From Ignavibacteriota bacterium (GTDB lineage: Bacteria; Bacteroidota; Ignavibacteria; UBA10030; CAVZMI01), in the NCBI GenBank assembly GCA_963776275.1, contig CAVZMI010000023.1:288001-352000 (forward strand): DNA of 64,000 bases, written 5' to 3'. A program made the translations under genes and the position numbers. This document shows, one piece after another, positions 53,183-64,000 of this stretch; within the stretch, counting starts at the first letter, position 1, and each line of letters begins with the position of its first letter. The notes under the pieces were generated by a model, which was not told the DNA's origin, ran no database searches, and worked only from the letters and a program-made list of their open reading frames with translations.

Positions 53183-53211
53183 TTGAAAAGCACGGTGAAA
53201 ATGTTTACATT
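53183..53211 (+). promoter_or_regulatory. Sigma70 promoter of GH30 copy 2 (homologous promoter at 51560-51588)
   Basis: TTGAAA-N17-TACATT in both copies. Confidence 0.6.
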
Positions 53212-53299
53212 TTGCATAACGAGCATAGGTGCAGTCCAGATTTATCTAAAGAGAAGATGATCAGGTATTTTGAAAAAAATCAAATGAAAGGGTAAAGTT

Positions 53300-54556
53300 A
53301 TGTGCCTTAATACGATAAGAAACAATTTATTAAACCTTATACTAGTATTTACTTTGATGGCGGCAGGTTGTTCAAAGAAAGACACAATTAACGGACCTTC
53401 AGATGAATCGGGGACTGCCTCCGTTGATTTAGCTAATACCCACCAGGTGATAAGGGGCTTTGGTGCTGCGAACATACTTCCCTGGCGTCCTGATATGACT
53501 GTTGATCAAATCAACACGGCTTTTAGTACCGGAACAGGACAATTAGGTTTCACCATACTTCGCCTGCGCGTACCGCCTGACACATCTCAGTTCGCCATTC
53601 AGGTTGCTACTGCTCAGTTAGCACATGCTCAGGGAGTGACAATCATAGCTTCTCCCTGGACTCCACCTGCTTCGATGAAGACCAACAATAATATCGTTGG
53701 AGGCGAACTCAAGACTGATTCTTATGCAGCCTATGCGGCGCATCTGAAAGCGTTTGGCGATTATATGTCGAGCAACGGTGTTCCGTTGTATGCTGTATCC
53801 GTTCAAAACGAACCCGATGTAACGGTCACCTATGAGTCCTGCTATTGGAATGCAACACAAATGGTTAACTTTGTGAAGAACAATGTGCCCTCTATCGGAA
53901 TCAATATCATCGCAGATGAGTCAATGAATTTCAGCCACACCATTACAGATGCGATATTGAATGATCCTGTTGCCGCTGCGAACCTTTCCATTGTCGGTGG
54001 TCATCTGTACGGAGGAGGGCTAGTGAGTTATCCCCTAGCTATGAGCAAAGGGAAAGATTTATGGATGACCGAATATCTTGATACTATTACTACTTGGTCT
54101 CATGTTCTTGCCACAGGCAAACAAATTAATGATTGTATGAATGCGAGTATGAATGCGTATATCTGGTGGTATATTGTTCGCTTCTACGGACCGATCGATG
54201 ATGGTGAAAGAGGAGGTACTAAAGGAAACGTAACCAAACGAGGTTATGTCATGTCGCAGTACGCCAGATTCGTTCGTCCGGGATACTATAGGGTAAGTGC
54301 CACAGCCAGCCCTCAGACAAATGTTGATGTAACTGCATATAAAAACGGCTCCAAGGTGGTCATTGTCGTTTTGAACAGAAATTCATCTTCAATCGATCAA
54401 ACATTTACGATCCAGAACGGGACAGTCACGACGTTTACGCCCTATGTCACATCAAGTAGTAAGAATTGTGTACAGGGAAGTGATATTACTGTATCAAACG
54501 GTAGTTTTACCGTTACTCTTGATTCATCGAGTGTGACGACTTTCGTGTCGAACTAA
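53300..54556 (+). CDS. GH30 (subfamily 8-like) xylanase lipoprotein, copy 2
   Basis: SVQNEPD, WMTEY, AYIWWYIVR; lipobox AAGC. Confidence 0.9.
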   Translation: MCLNTIRNNLLNLILVFTLMAAGCSKKDTINGPSDESGTASVDLANTHQVIRGFGAANILPWRPDMTVDQINTAFSTGTGQLGFTILRLRVPPDTSQFAIQVATAQLAHAQGVTIIASPWTPPASMKTNNNIVGGELKTDSYAAYAAHLKAFGDYMSSNGVPLYAVSVQNEPDVTVTYESCYWNATQMVNFVKNNVPSIGINIIADESMNFSHTITDAILNDPVAAANLSIVGGHLYGGGLVSYPLAMSKGKDLWMTEYLDTITTWSHVLATGKQINDCMNASMNAYIWWYIVRFYGPIDDGERGGTKGNVTKRGYVMSQYARFVRPGYYRVSATASPQTNVDVTAYKNGSKVVIVVLNRNSSSIDQTFTIQNGTVTTFTPYVTSSSKNCVQGSDITVSNGSFTVTLDSSSVTTFVSN

Positions 54557-54888
54557 AAGTTAAGACAATACGTTTGTCTTGCTTCGATAAATCATCTCCT
54601 TGCTTTATCCAAAGGCAAGGAGATTCTATCCTCAACGATAGTTAAACTTCCGGGATAAGAATCCCCAGCCGGCGGACGCAGCCGTGCTCCATTATTTTTG
54701 AAACGTAAAATATCTCTTAGCTGCAGCGATAAAGAATAACTCGATAGAGAAAATCCGGTAACTTATGGAAAGATGATAGCGTCGCTTCGTAGAGGTTTTT
54801 TGACTCAAAATACTCGGAGGACTCTGTGGGACGGATGAACGCCATATAGAATTAATCGTTCACTCACTCTAACAACAGGGAGAGTACC

Positions 54889-55563
54889 ATGAAAAATTTC
54901 ATCATTTACACTATCATTTCATTAAGTATGATCTCTCTCGTCCATGCACAGGATATCGATATTTCTTCGAAGAGCGCAAAAGCCAGGATCGGAGATATCG
55001 ACATCTCGGTGAAAAAAGCGCCTTTTATTCAGGGAGACTGGGAACTCTCGATGTCCGGAGCGCTCGGACAATATACGACGAAAACTACCACCTCTATGAA
55101 TTCCTGGAATTATGGTAATGAATCAAAAGAAAATTTCGCCACCATCTCTCTTACAGCCGGATACTATTTTATCGATTGGCTGTCGCTTGAACCGGAAGTG
55201 AACCTCTTTGCATATGAGGGAGGACGGCCGGGAGAATCGGTCCTATTAAATCTTTCGTTCACATATCCGCTAGAACACTCTATCGTGGCTCCTTTCATTC
55301 GGGGAGGGTTTGGACTTGGTAATGCCGGCTTTATTACGGGAAATCTTCCATTTTCCTCTTTTGTTTCTGATAAATTCGATGTGAAAACATTCAATGCAGG
55401 TGCCGGAGTAAAACTTCTGATCGCTCAAAGTGTCGCGCTTAAGATAGAGCTGAATTATCGATATCAAACCTATACAGAAAATTATACCGGCTGTATCTTA
55501 TATTCAGTCAATAATAAAAATTCAATGATCAGACTCTTTGTCGGGTTTTCTGTTCTATTGTAA
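54889..55563 (+). CDS. Outer-membrane beta-barrel protein
   Basis: Signal peptide; LSLEPE, PFIRGGFG, GAGVK, ELNYRY. Confidence 0.75.
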   Translation: MKNFIIYTIISLSMISLVHAQDIDISSKSAKARIGDIDISVKKAPFIQGDWELSMSGALGQYTTKTTTSMNSWNYGNESKENFATISLTAGYYFIDWLSLEPEVNLFAYEGGRPGESVLLNLSFTYPLEHSIVAPFIRGGFGLGNAGFITGNLPFSSFVSDKFDVKTFNAGAGVKLLIAQSVALKIELNYRYQTYTENYTGCILYSVNNKNSMIRLFVGFSVLL

Positions 55564-55597
55564 TACCATCATAAGCTGTAAGTGACACCGAAAACAG

Positions 55598-55627
55598 AAA
55601 GGGAGCCTCCATTAAGGGGCTCCCTTC
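55598..55627. terminator. Bidirectional terminator between convergent genes
   Basis: AAAGGGAGCCTC-CATTAA-GGGGCTCCCTT. Confidence 0.65.
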
Positions 55628-55652
55628 TATTATTGAGGCATCAATTTTTTTA

Positions 55653-57008
55653 TTAAATATCCTTACCCTGGACGATAGGAATAAATCGAAACGATCCATC
55701 CGTACCAACATCGACAGAGATCGTATTCCCTTCGGCAATTTCTCCTGCAAGAATTTTTTCAGATAATTTATTCACGACATGTTTTTGAATTATCCGTTTA
55801 AGCGGACGGGCACCAAACTGCAGATCGTATCCCGCCTTTGCAAGCCACGTCTTTGCCGAATCGGTGAAATTGAGTATGATATTCTTTGCTTTCACCAATA
55901 CCTGTAGATTACGGAGCTGCAAATCAACAATTTGAACTATATCGTCGCGTGTAAGAGTTTTAAACATGATGATTTCATCGACACGATTAAGGAACTCCGG
56001 ACGGATCGTCTGTTTGAGCAGGTCGAATAGTTTAATCCTGACAGCCTCCATGACCTCATTGCGGTTTACATCGGTCATGTTCTGCGTCCACTCCATGATG
56101 ATATTCGATCCGAGGTTCGAGGTCATGATGATGATCGTATTCCGGAAATTAACAGTCCGTCCTTTGCTGTCGGTCAGCCGGCCTTCATCCAACACCTGCA
56201 GAAGCACATTGAACACCTCCGGATGCGCCTTTTCGATTTCATCAAGCAGCACAACGGAATAAGGTTTCCGCCGGACTGACTCGGTAAGCTGTCCGCCTTC
56301 CTCGTAACCGACATAACCGGGCGGCGCACCGATGAGACGTGATACGGAGAATTTTTCCATATACTCGCTCATGTCAATGCGCACCATTGCATTTTCATCG
56401 TTGAAGAGCGACTCGGCAAGTGCACGGGCAAGTTCGGTCTTTCCGACTCCGGTCGAGCCAAGAAAAATAAATGATCCGATCGGTCTTCGCTCATCCTGCA
56501 ATCCCGCTCGCGCACGACGCACGGCATCGCTCACTGCCTGGACTGCCTCGACCTGATCGACCAACCGTTCGTGTATCCGTTCTTCAAGATGCAGTAATTT
56601 CGACCGCTCGCTTTCGAGCATGCGGCTGACCGGGATACCGGTCCATTTTGCCACGATCTCTGCAACGTCCTCGGCATCGACTTCTTCCTTCAACATTTTC
56701 CGATTTTTCTGAACTACTGCGAGCTCTTGTGTTGCGGCTTTCAGTCTTTTTTCGAGGTTAGCAATTACTCCATAGCGCAGTTCGGCGACTTTTGCAAGAT
56801 CGCCTTCGCGTTCTTTCTTTTCAGCCTCGTTTCGCGCTTTCTCGATCTCGGATTTCATTGTCCGTATAGATTGTATGAGATTCTTCTCATTCTGCCAGTG
56901 TGTTTTCAGCTGAGTGCGGACTTCGTTGAGATCTGCAATTTCTTTTTCAATCTCATAGAGTCGCTTTTTTGTCGTTTCCTGCATTTTCTCTTGTGTAAAT
57001 TCAGTCAT
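55653..57008 (-). CDS. clpB: ClpB C-terminal part (rest of the M domain plus NBD2)
   Basis: [45 protein letters not shown]. Confidence 0.92.
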   Translation of the reverse strand: MTEFTQEKMQETTKKRLYEIEKEIADLNEVRTQLKTHWQNEKNLIQSIRTMKSEIEKARNEAEKKEREGDLAKVAELRYGVIANLEKRLKAATQELAVVQKNRKMLKEEVDAEDVAEIVAKWTGIPVSRMLESERSKLLHLEERIHERLVDQVEAVQAVSDAVRRARAGLQDERRPIGSFIFLGSTGVGKTELARALAESLFNDENAMVRIDMSEYMEKFSVSRLIGAPPGYVGYEEGGQLTESVRRKPYSVVLLDEIEKAHPEVFNVLLQVLDEGRLTDSKGRTVNFRNTIIIMTSNLGSNIIMEWTQNMTDVNRNEVMEAVRIKLFDLLKQTIRPEFLNRVDEIIMFKTLTRDDIVQIVDLQLRNLQVLVKAKNIILNFTDSAKTWLAKAGYDLQFGARPLKRIIQKHVVNKLSEKILAGEIAEGNTISVDVGTDGSFRFIPIVQGKDI

Positions 57009-57024
57009 TGTTCCTCACATCCTT

Positions 57025-58338
57025 TTATGCCTGTAATTCGCGTTTCAACGCTTCACGTTCGATTTCCAATTGTTTGATTTTTCTCTCAATTTCATCGAGT
57101 TCTTCCGGCATTGAATCGATTTCAATCCGCAGTTTTGAGGCGGCTTCATCGATCAGGTCTATCGCCTTATCGGGAAGGAATCGATCCGAGATGTACCGAT
57201 GACTCAGTTGTGCTGCTGCGACAATCGCACCGTCGGTAATACGCACGCCGTGGTGGATTTCATATCGTTCTTTTAATCCTCGCAGAATCGAAACCGTATC
57301 CTCGACTGTCGGCTCATCGACAAGAACCGGCTGGAACCGGCGTTCCAGAGCCGCATCTTTCTCAACATGCTTCCGATATTCATCGATCGTTGTGGCGCCT
57401 ATAGCCCGGAGGTCACCGCGTGCCAGTGCGGGTTTTAGCATATTCGCGGCATCGACAGCTCCCTGTGCGGCTCCGGCACCTACGAGCGTATGAAGTTCAT
57501 CAATGAATAGAATAATTTCGCCGTTGGATTGAATTACTTCGTTTAACACGGCTTTCAATCGCTCTTCAAATTGTCCACGAAAGCTCGTCCCTGCGACAAG
57601 CGTTCCCATATCGAGCGCAACAATCCGCTTGGTTCGTAAAGACTCCGGCACATCGCCGTTAACAATTCTCTGAGCAATTCCTTCGGCGATTGCAGTTTTT
57701 CCGACGCCGGGTTCACCGATTAGAACAGGGTTATTTTTCGTACGCCGTGAAAGAACCTGAAGGACTCTTCGGATTTCATCATCGCGTCCGATAACCGGGT
57801 CGAGTTTACCGCGCCGGGCAAGATCGTTCAGATCGCGTCCGAATTTTTGCAATGCCTGATATTTATCTTCAGCATTTTGATCTGTCACGCGCTGGCTGCC
57901 GCGGATTTCTTTAAGGACTTTATATACATCCTCTTTTTTGACTCCCTGATCAATCAGGAGTTTTGCTCCTTTATTTTGCTTTTCTTCAATAAGTCCAAGG
58001 AGCAGATGTTCGGTACTGACATATTCGTCTTTAAGCTGGTTCGCTTCCTTGAGTGCCGTTTCGAATACCTGCCCGAGTGATTGTGAGACAAACTGGTTCC
58101 CAAGCTCGGCACCCGATATTTTGGGGAGTTTCTCAATCGCTTCATTGATCTTGATTTTGATATAATTCACATTGGCTCCGACCTTCTGTAGAATCGGAAC
58201 AGTAATCCCGGCCGCATCCTGGATAAGCGCAGCAAGGAGATGTTCCGGCTCTATAGACTGACTGCCATAACTGGTTGCAATCTCCTGAGCATTTTGAACA
58301 GCTTCCTGCGCTTTAATTGTAAATTTATTAAAATTCAT
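57025..58338 (-). CDS. clpB: ClpB N-terminal part (N domain, NBD1, first M-domain helix)
   Basis: [41 protein letters not shown]. Confidence 0.92.
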   Translation of the reverse strand: MNFNKFTIKAQEAVQNAQEIATSYGSQSIEPEHLLAALIQDAAGITVPILQKVGANVNYIKIKINEAIEKLPKISGAELGNQFVSQSLGQVFETALKEANQLKDEYVSTEHLLLGLIEEKQNKGAKLLIDQGVKKEDVYKVLKEIRGSQRVTDQNAEDKYQALQKFGRDLNDLARRGKLDPVIGRDDEIRRVLQVLSRRTKNNPVLIGEPGVGKTAIAEGIAQRIVNGDVPESLRTKRIVALDMGTLVAGTSFRGQFEERLKAVLNEVIQSNGEIILFIDELHTLVGAGAAQGAVDAANMLKPALARGDLRAIGATTIDEYRKHVEKDAALERRFQPVLVDEPTVEDTVSILRGLKERYEIHHGVRITDGAIVAAAQLSHRYISDRFLPDKAIDLIDEAASKLRIEIDSMPEELDEIERKIKQLEIEREALKRELQA

Positions 58339-58532
58339 AACTTCTTAATCCTTATCTAAAATGAAGATTATTTATATGGCTTTTCCTAAGTAAAAAGTAA
58401 ATCCCTCAACGCGCTCGGGACGAGAATTAAAAAGGGAAAAATTCATACCGAGCCTGCCGGAATCATATTACCTTTTTTACTTTTTTAATTTTTCCTTTTT
58501 CCTTATAACCAGCATTATTAACTATATCATGG

Positions 58533-58560
58533 AAAAGGCGAGGTGGAATTCCTCGCCTTC
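58533..58560 (-). terminator. Terminator after dnaK
   Basis: AAGGCGAGG...CCTCGCCTT with a T-tract on the minus strand. Confidence 0.6.
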
Positions 58561-58581
58561 TCAATTCCACTATGATTACGG

Positions 58582-60509
58582 TTATTTATCTTTATCATCT
58601 ACAACTTCAAAGTCGGCGTCCTCGACAGCTTTCCCATCGGGTTTCTTTTGCTCGCCGGCTGGCTGCTGTTGTCCGCTCTGTTGAGTACCGGCGGCCTGTT
58701 GTTGAGTCGCCTGCTGGTACATTTGTGTCGAGACTTCATTCCAGGCGGCATTGAGTCCATCCATTGCAGTCTTGATATCGGCCGAGACTCCCGTCTTAAT
58801 CGCGTCTTTGAGTTTGCTGTTTGCGCCCTCAATTTTCGATTTCATTTCGGGCGTCATTTTATCACCGAGATCTTTTAATTGTTTGTCAGTCTGGAACGAC
58901 AGTGTATCGGCCTGGTTTTTCATGTCGATTTCTTCTTTGCGCTTTTTATCTTCAGCGGCATGGGCCGTTGCATCAGTCTTCATCTTTTCGATTTCTTCCT
59001 TCGTCAAACCAGACGATGAGGTAATCCGTATACTCTGTTCCTTGTTGGTTCCTTTATCCTTAGCCGATACGTGCAAAATACCGTTCGCATCGATATCAAA
59101 TGTAACTTCGATCTGAGGTATTCCGCGCGGAGCCGGTGGAATTCCATCGAGATGGAACCGGCCGAGCGTACGGTTATCGACGGCCATCGGACGTTCACCC
59201 TGCAGGATATGTATTTCGACAGATGTCTGACTGTCCGACGCTGTCGAAAAGATCTCGCTTTTCTTTGTCGGGATCGTCGTGTTCGCTGTGATGAGCGTTG
59301 TCATGACTCCGCCAAGAGTTTCGATACCGAGTGAAAGCGGCGTAACATCGAGCAAGTAGAACATCCGTAACATCTCCCGCAAGAACGCCTCCCTGAATTG
59401 CAGCACCGACAGCGACTACTTCATCAGGGATTGACACCTTTATGTCCTTCTCTCCCAAAAATATCCTTAACAAGCTGTTGTACCCGCGGCATACGGGTCA
59501 TACCACCGACAAGAATCACTTCATCGATCTGGTTTGGCTGCAGGTTTGCATCATGAAGAGCTTTTTCAACCGGCGAAATACATCGCTTCACAAGATCATC
59601 GACGAGCTGCTCAAATTTTGCGCGTGTGATCGACATATTCAGATGTTTCGGACCTTCCTGTGTTGCGGTAATAAACGGCAGATTGATTTCGGTCTGCATC
59701 ATTGTCGAAAGCTCCATTTTTGCTTTCTCTGATGCTTCGCGAAGACGCTGAAGTGACATTGGATCTTTCCGTAGATCGACCCCTTCCTGTTTCTGGAACT
59801 CGTCGGCAACATAATCGAGCAATCTCTGGTCGAAGTTATCTCCACCGAGATGGGTATCGCCATTCGTCGATTTTACCTCGAAAACTCCTTCACCAAGTTC
59901 GAGAATCGATATATCAAAAGTGCCGCCGCCGAGGTCAAAGACTGCAACTTTTGAATCCTTGTGTTTTTTATCGAGGCCATAGGCGAGTGCGGCTGCTGTT
60001 GGCTCATTGATGATACGCCGGACATTCAAACCTGCAATTTCTCCTGCTTCTTTTGTCGCCTGTCGCTGTGCATCGTTGAAATATGCCGGGACTGTAATTA
60101 CGGCTTCCGTCACTTTCTGACCTAAATAATCTTCTGCAGTCTGTTTCATCTTCTGCAGAATCATTGCGCTGACTTCGGGTGGTGAATATACACGGTCTCC
60201 GATCTGGACGCGTGCCGTGTTATTATCGCCATGCACCACCTTATAAGGGACAAGCTTCATTTCTTCATTGACCTCATCATAAAATCGTCCCATGAAACGC
60301 TTGATCGAGAATACAGTGTTTTGAGAATTTGTAACAGCCTGACGTTTTGCAGCCTGCCCGACAAGCCGCTCGCCATTTTTCGCAAAGCCGACCACTGATG
60401 GAGTCGTTCGTCCACCTTCGGAATTTGCAATGACGGCCGGTTCGTTTCCTTCCATAACGGCAACAACCGAGTTGGTGGTGCCGAGGTCGATTCCGATAAT
60501 TTTACTCAT
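58582..60509 (-). CDS. dnaK: Chaperone DnaK, two frameshifts at about 59355-59430
   Basis: [56 protein letters not shown]. Confidence 0.97.
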
Positions 60510-60593
60510 TGATTATTACTCTCCTTCAGAAAAATAAACTCTCTTCCTATTGTCTGGAAGAGATAATTTCCTTCAATTTCTTATTAAATATTA

Positions 60594-60610
60594 ACCAATT
60601 CCTGTGCCAA
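60594..60610 (-). promoter_or_regulatory. Possible sigma54 promoter of dnaK
   Basis: TTGGCAC-AGGAA-TTGGT versus consensus TGGCAC-N5-TTGC (one mismatch). Confidence 0.4.
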
Positions 60611-60831
60611 TTCCTAACCCTTTATTTCGATTGATTTTAAGGGATTCTTAGGATAATAAAAAGGACTTCTCAGAACAATTATGCAATCTTGGCAGAGGAA
60701 TATGCATGAATGGCATCAATCAAATAAAACCTGCAAGTATGTCATAGAAACCAGATGGATTGACTTTTGAAATGATTTTTCATAGAATGGTAAGTACTTG
60801 TCAAAACAGGAGTATCTGATATTCACTCTCA

Positions 60832-61614
60832 ATGATTTCACAAGCGCAAATACGTCGAGATCTGGGGACAAAAACTTTTGGGAAGAAGGTATTCACCTTC
60901 GATACACTCGACTCCACGAATAACTGTGTGAAGGTTTTGGCAAATGCCGGATTAGAAGAAGGACTTGTTGTCTATTCGGAATATCAGAGCGCCGGCCGCG
61001 GTCGTGTAGGACGAACCTGGGAATCCGAGGAAGCTAAAAACGTGCTCTTTTCATTGCTTCTTCGACCGCCGGAGACAATCGCCCAGATCAACCTCCTTAC
61101 ATTTTATGTTGCAGCGAGTATTTCTGAAGCAGTTGAAACAGTAACGGGGCTCACCGTCGAATGTAAATGGCCGAACGATCTCACACATGAAGGTAAGAAG
61201 TTTTGCGGTATCCTTCTTGAGGCGTCATCCCAGCAAACATCAACGGATTTCGTAGTTGTCGGTGTCGGACTGAATGTCAATCAAACCAAGTTCAGCAGCA
61301 CCTTACAGGGGAAAGCAACTTCACTAAAGAACCAATGCAGGAAAGAAATCAACCGGGTTGCTCTTATACAGGAATGCATCCGCTGTCTTGAAAAACACTA
61401 TATGAATCTATCGACCAACGGATTTGCCGACATTCTTGAAGCCTGGAAATCACGATGTATTATGTTCAATAAAACAATCCGTGTGGATCATCACGGGATG
61501 TTTATCAGCGGTCTTGTAAAACGACTCGACCCGGATGGCGCTCTTGTCGTCGTATCTCATAACAAAGAAATCCGCCTACTTGCAGGCGATGTCACAGTAA
61601 TCGAAACCTTATAA
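60832..61614 (+). CDS. birA: Biotin--[acetyl-CoA-carboxylase] ligase (no HTH)
   Basis: DSTN, QSAGRGRVGRTW, KWPND, KFCGIL. Confidence 0.93.
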   Translation: MISQAQIRRDLGTKTFGKKVFTFDTLDSTNNCVKVLANAGLEEGLVVYSEYQSAGRGRVGRTWESEEAKNVLFSLLLRPPETIAQINLLTFYVAASISEAVETVTGLTVECKWPNDLTHEGKKFCGILLEASSQQTSTDFVVVGVGLNVNQTKFSSTLQGKATSLKNQCRKEINRVALIQECIRCLEKHYMNLSTNGFADILEAWKSRCIMFNKTIRVDHHGMFISGLVKRLDPDGALVVVSHNKEIRLLAGDVTVIETL

Positions 61615-61627
61615 ACGGGATCATATT

Positions 61628-62392
61628 ATGTTACTCGCAATCGATATTGGAAATACTCACACCGTTATCGGGGTGTTTGAACGAGACCGGCTAATTGGCG
61701 ACTGGCGGATTACGAGCGGTATTGCACGCACGGAAGATGAGATCGGAATATTTGTGAAATCATTCTGTAAAAACTCCTCTATTGATCCCGAACTGATCGT
61801 CCGGTCGGGAATATCATCGGTCGTCCCGAATCTTACACCGATCTATCAAAAAATGACAAAGAAATACTTCGACATTGAACCAACCATTATCTCACCCGCG
61901 CTCAATTTAGGGATTACCATCCTGTATGAAGATCCTTCAGCAGTTGGTACCGACCGTCTGTGCAACGCCGTGGCAGGATACACACAATATGGCGGTCATC
62001 TGATTATCATTGATTTCGGCACGGCAACGACCTATGACGTAATCTCAGAACAGGGTGAATATCTTGGAGGGGTCATCGCACCCGGAGTCGAGACTTCCTC
62101 GGCAGAGCTGCATCGCCGGGCGGCAAAGCTCCCGAAGATCGATACGGTATTTCCGGAGAAAGCAATAGGAAGAACGACCATCACAAGCATGCAGTCGGGA
62201 ATCTTATTTGGTGCTGTAGATTCTCTCGAGGGAATGGTAAAACGTATCAGCGCGGAATTGGGGAAAAAACCGACCGTGATCGGTACAGGGGGATTATCGG
62301 GAATGATCAGTCTGCAAACAACAGTAATCGATTTTGTCGTACCTTCGCTCGTTCTCGACGGGGTGCGGATTATTGTTGATCGTCAGAAATAA
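61628..62392 (+). CDS. coaX: Type III pantothenate kinase
   Basis: AIDIGNT, VGTDR, IDFGTATT, GGVIAPG. Confidence 0.95.
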   Translation: MLLAIDIGNTHTVIGVFERDRLIGDWRITSGIARTEDEIGIFVKSFCKNSSIDPELIVRSGISSVVPNLTPIYQKMTKKYFDIEPTIISPALNLGITILYEDPSAVGTDRLCNAVAGYTQYGGHLIIIDFGTATTYDVISEQGEYLGGVIAPGVETSSAELHRRAAKLPKIDTVFPEKAIGRTTITSMQSGILFGAVDSLEGMVKRISAELGKKPTVIGTGGLSGMISLQTTVIDFVVPSLVLDGVRIIVDRQK

Positions 62393-62495
62393 AAAAGCCT
62401 GTAAAAATATTCAAATACATTTCCGGTTTCCGATTTATAATTACCGGTTTATAATTTCGGCGTTTGGTATAAGCCTATGGCCGGTGAGGGTGTTT

Positions 62496-64000
62496 CTACT
62501 CTGCCGCTTCCAATACCAGTTCAGCAATATCCTTTATCCGTACTTTTTCTCCTGCTTCTTTTTCTTTAACACCGTCAACCAGCATGGTCATGCAGAACGG
62601 GCAAGCAGTTCCGATGATGTCCGGATTGACGGCCAGAGCTTCCTCGGTTCGTTCAATATTCACTCTTTTACCGGTATTTTCTTCCATAAACATGCGCCCG
62701 CCACCCCCCCCGCAGCAAAATCCCCGGTCGTGCGTGCGGTTCATTTCGTCAATGCGTACTCCCTGGATGCATCGAATGACGTTCCTCGGAGCGTCATACG
62801 TCCCGTTATACCGGCCGAGGTAACACGAATCATGGAACGTAATGCGTGTCTCACCTGCAGGCGATGTGTTACCGTCGATTCCTTTTTTCAATTTTAGCTT
62901 TCCTTCAGCAATTAGCTGTTCAAGGAATACGGAATGGTGTACAACTTCATATTTTCCGCCGAAATCAGGATACTCGTTTTTCAATGTATTTAGACAATGC
63001 GGACATGTAGTGACAATTTTTTGAACATGATATTTCTGGAACGTTGCGATATTTTCTTTCATAAGCATCTGTGCAAGATATTCGTTCCCCATACGACGGG
63101 CAGGATCGCCGGTACATTTCTCTTCTGTCCCGAGTATCGCAAAATCGACTCCTGCCATCTGCATCAACCGGGCAAACGATTGTGATACTTTTTTATAACG
63201 GGCATCGAAAGAACCGGCACATCCGACCCAGAAGAGAATTTTTGCGTCCGGATTTTCGGCGTATGTTTTTACTCCGAGACCTTCCGCCCAATCAGCCCTA
63301 CTGCTTGAACTGAAAGCCCACGGCGAGAAATTCGTTTCAAGATTCTTGAATGCACTCTGCAGTTCCTGAGGAAATTGCGATTCCATAAGAACCAACCCGC
63401 GCCGCATATCGATAATCGCATCGATATGTTCGATCATCACAGGACATTCCTGCATACAGGCCATACAGGTTGTACACGACCAGATCTCCTCATCTGTAAT
63501 ATGTGCATGGACGAGCGTCTTCTCCGCGATATCCTGAGGTATATCCCCTCCGGCAATCCGCGCCGGAGCTTTTTCCATCAGGCGCTCGCGGATATCCACC
63601 ACGATTTTTCGCGGTGAGAGCGGTTTCCCTGTGATGTTTGCCGGACAGACCGATGTACACCGTCCGCACTCCGTACATGTATATCCGTCGAGAAGCTGTT
63701 TCCAGGTCAGGTCATCTACATCAAGCGCGCCGAACCGCTCGAGCTTTTCATCCTCAAGATTAATCGGTTTCAATGCCGCACGAGACCGACGGTACGAGAG
63801 ATAGACATTGGGTATGGATGTCAAAACATGAAGATGCTTAGAATAGGGTAAATAATTCAGGAATCCGAGGATTAGAATAATATGTACCCACCAAAAAATT
63901 TCACTCCAGATGTGAACACTTTCTGATGAGACTCCCGAATAAAGTCCGACAAGCAGAGATGATACCGGATGATCGAACCCGGCAGCAGCTTTTCCTAAGA
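62496..64000 (-). CDS. Membrane Fe-S oxidoreductase (FadF/HdrD-like, CCG domains); 5' end lies beyond the window
   Basis: CTECGRCTSVCP, CTTCMACMQECP, HDSCYLGR, CCGGGGG; the frame stays open upstream (LPYSKHLH) to the window edge. Confidence 0.9.
   Translation of the reverse strand, partial: LGKAAAGFDHPVSSLLVGLYSGVSSESVHIWSEIFWWVHIILILGFLNYLPYSKHLHVLTSIPNVYLSYRRSRAALKPINLEDEKLERFGALDVDDLTWKQLLDGYTCTECGRCTSVCPANITGKPLSPRKIVVDIRERLMEKAPARIAGGDIPQDIAEKTLVHAHITDEEIWSCTTCMACMQECPVMIEHIDAIIDMRRGLVLMESQFPQELQSAFKNLETNFSPWAFSSSSRADWAEGLGVKTYAENPDAKILFWVGCAGSFDARYKKVSQSFARLMQMAGVDFAILGTEEKCTGDPARRMGNEYLAQMLMKENIATFQKYHVQKIVTTCPHCLNTLKNEYPDFGGKYEVVHHSVFLEQLIAEGKLKLKKGIDGNTSPAGETRITFHDSCYLGRYNGTYDAPRNVIRCIQGVRIDEMNRTHDRGFCCGGGGGRMFMEENTGKRVNIERTEEALAVNPDIIGTACPFCMTMLVDGVKEKEAGEKVRIKDIAELVLEAAE

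Noticed and set aside
58385-58505. A/T-tract inverted low-complexity segment between dnaK and clpB as an ncRNA
   Set aside because: Degenerate heptamer-like tracts with no recognisable RNA family features
1-64000. tRNA, rRNA or riboswitch genes
   Set aside because: None recognised by eye; a covariance-model search would be needed to exclude them

Overview
Bacterial chromosomal window of about 45% GC (estimated), most consistent with an Ignavibacteria-like member of the FCB/Bacteroidota group: several proteins end in a 'QNYPNPFN...KLILLK' T9SS-type C-terminal sorting domain, and the RpoD-type sigma factor is short. Housekeeping blocks: GH57, fmt-def, M1 peptidase, MCP, sigma70, aconitase-icd, clpS-alaS-gmhA-wcaJ, rsmB, clpB-dnaK, birA-coaX. 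Many carry single-base frameshifts typical of an unpolished long-read assembly. Two accessory regions (about 7.4-12.3 kb and 44.8-55.6 kb) are integron-type gene-cassette arrays with no integrase in the window. Each starts with a sigma70 promoter and an attI-like site and uses attC sites, several unusually long (180-254 bp) and invaded by small palindromic inserts. Cargo includes HEPN, TIR and PD-(D/E)xK defence candidates. The first array ends at a 1.7-kb unit encoding a tandem DUF1670-like paralog pair bounded by two matching palindromes (GTATCA-NN-TGATAC), a candidate undescribed mobile element. Other oddities: an apparently genuine split clpB, a T9SS-tagged multiheme cytochrome, in-frame REP insertions in a coding gene, a hidden deoB pseudogene and a degenerate GGDEF protein. 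All assignments are by eye; no database searches were run.
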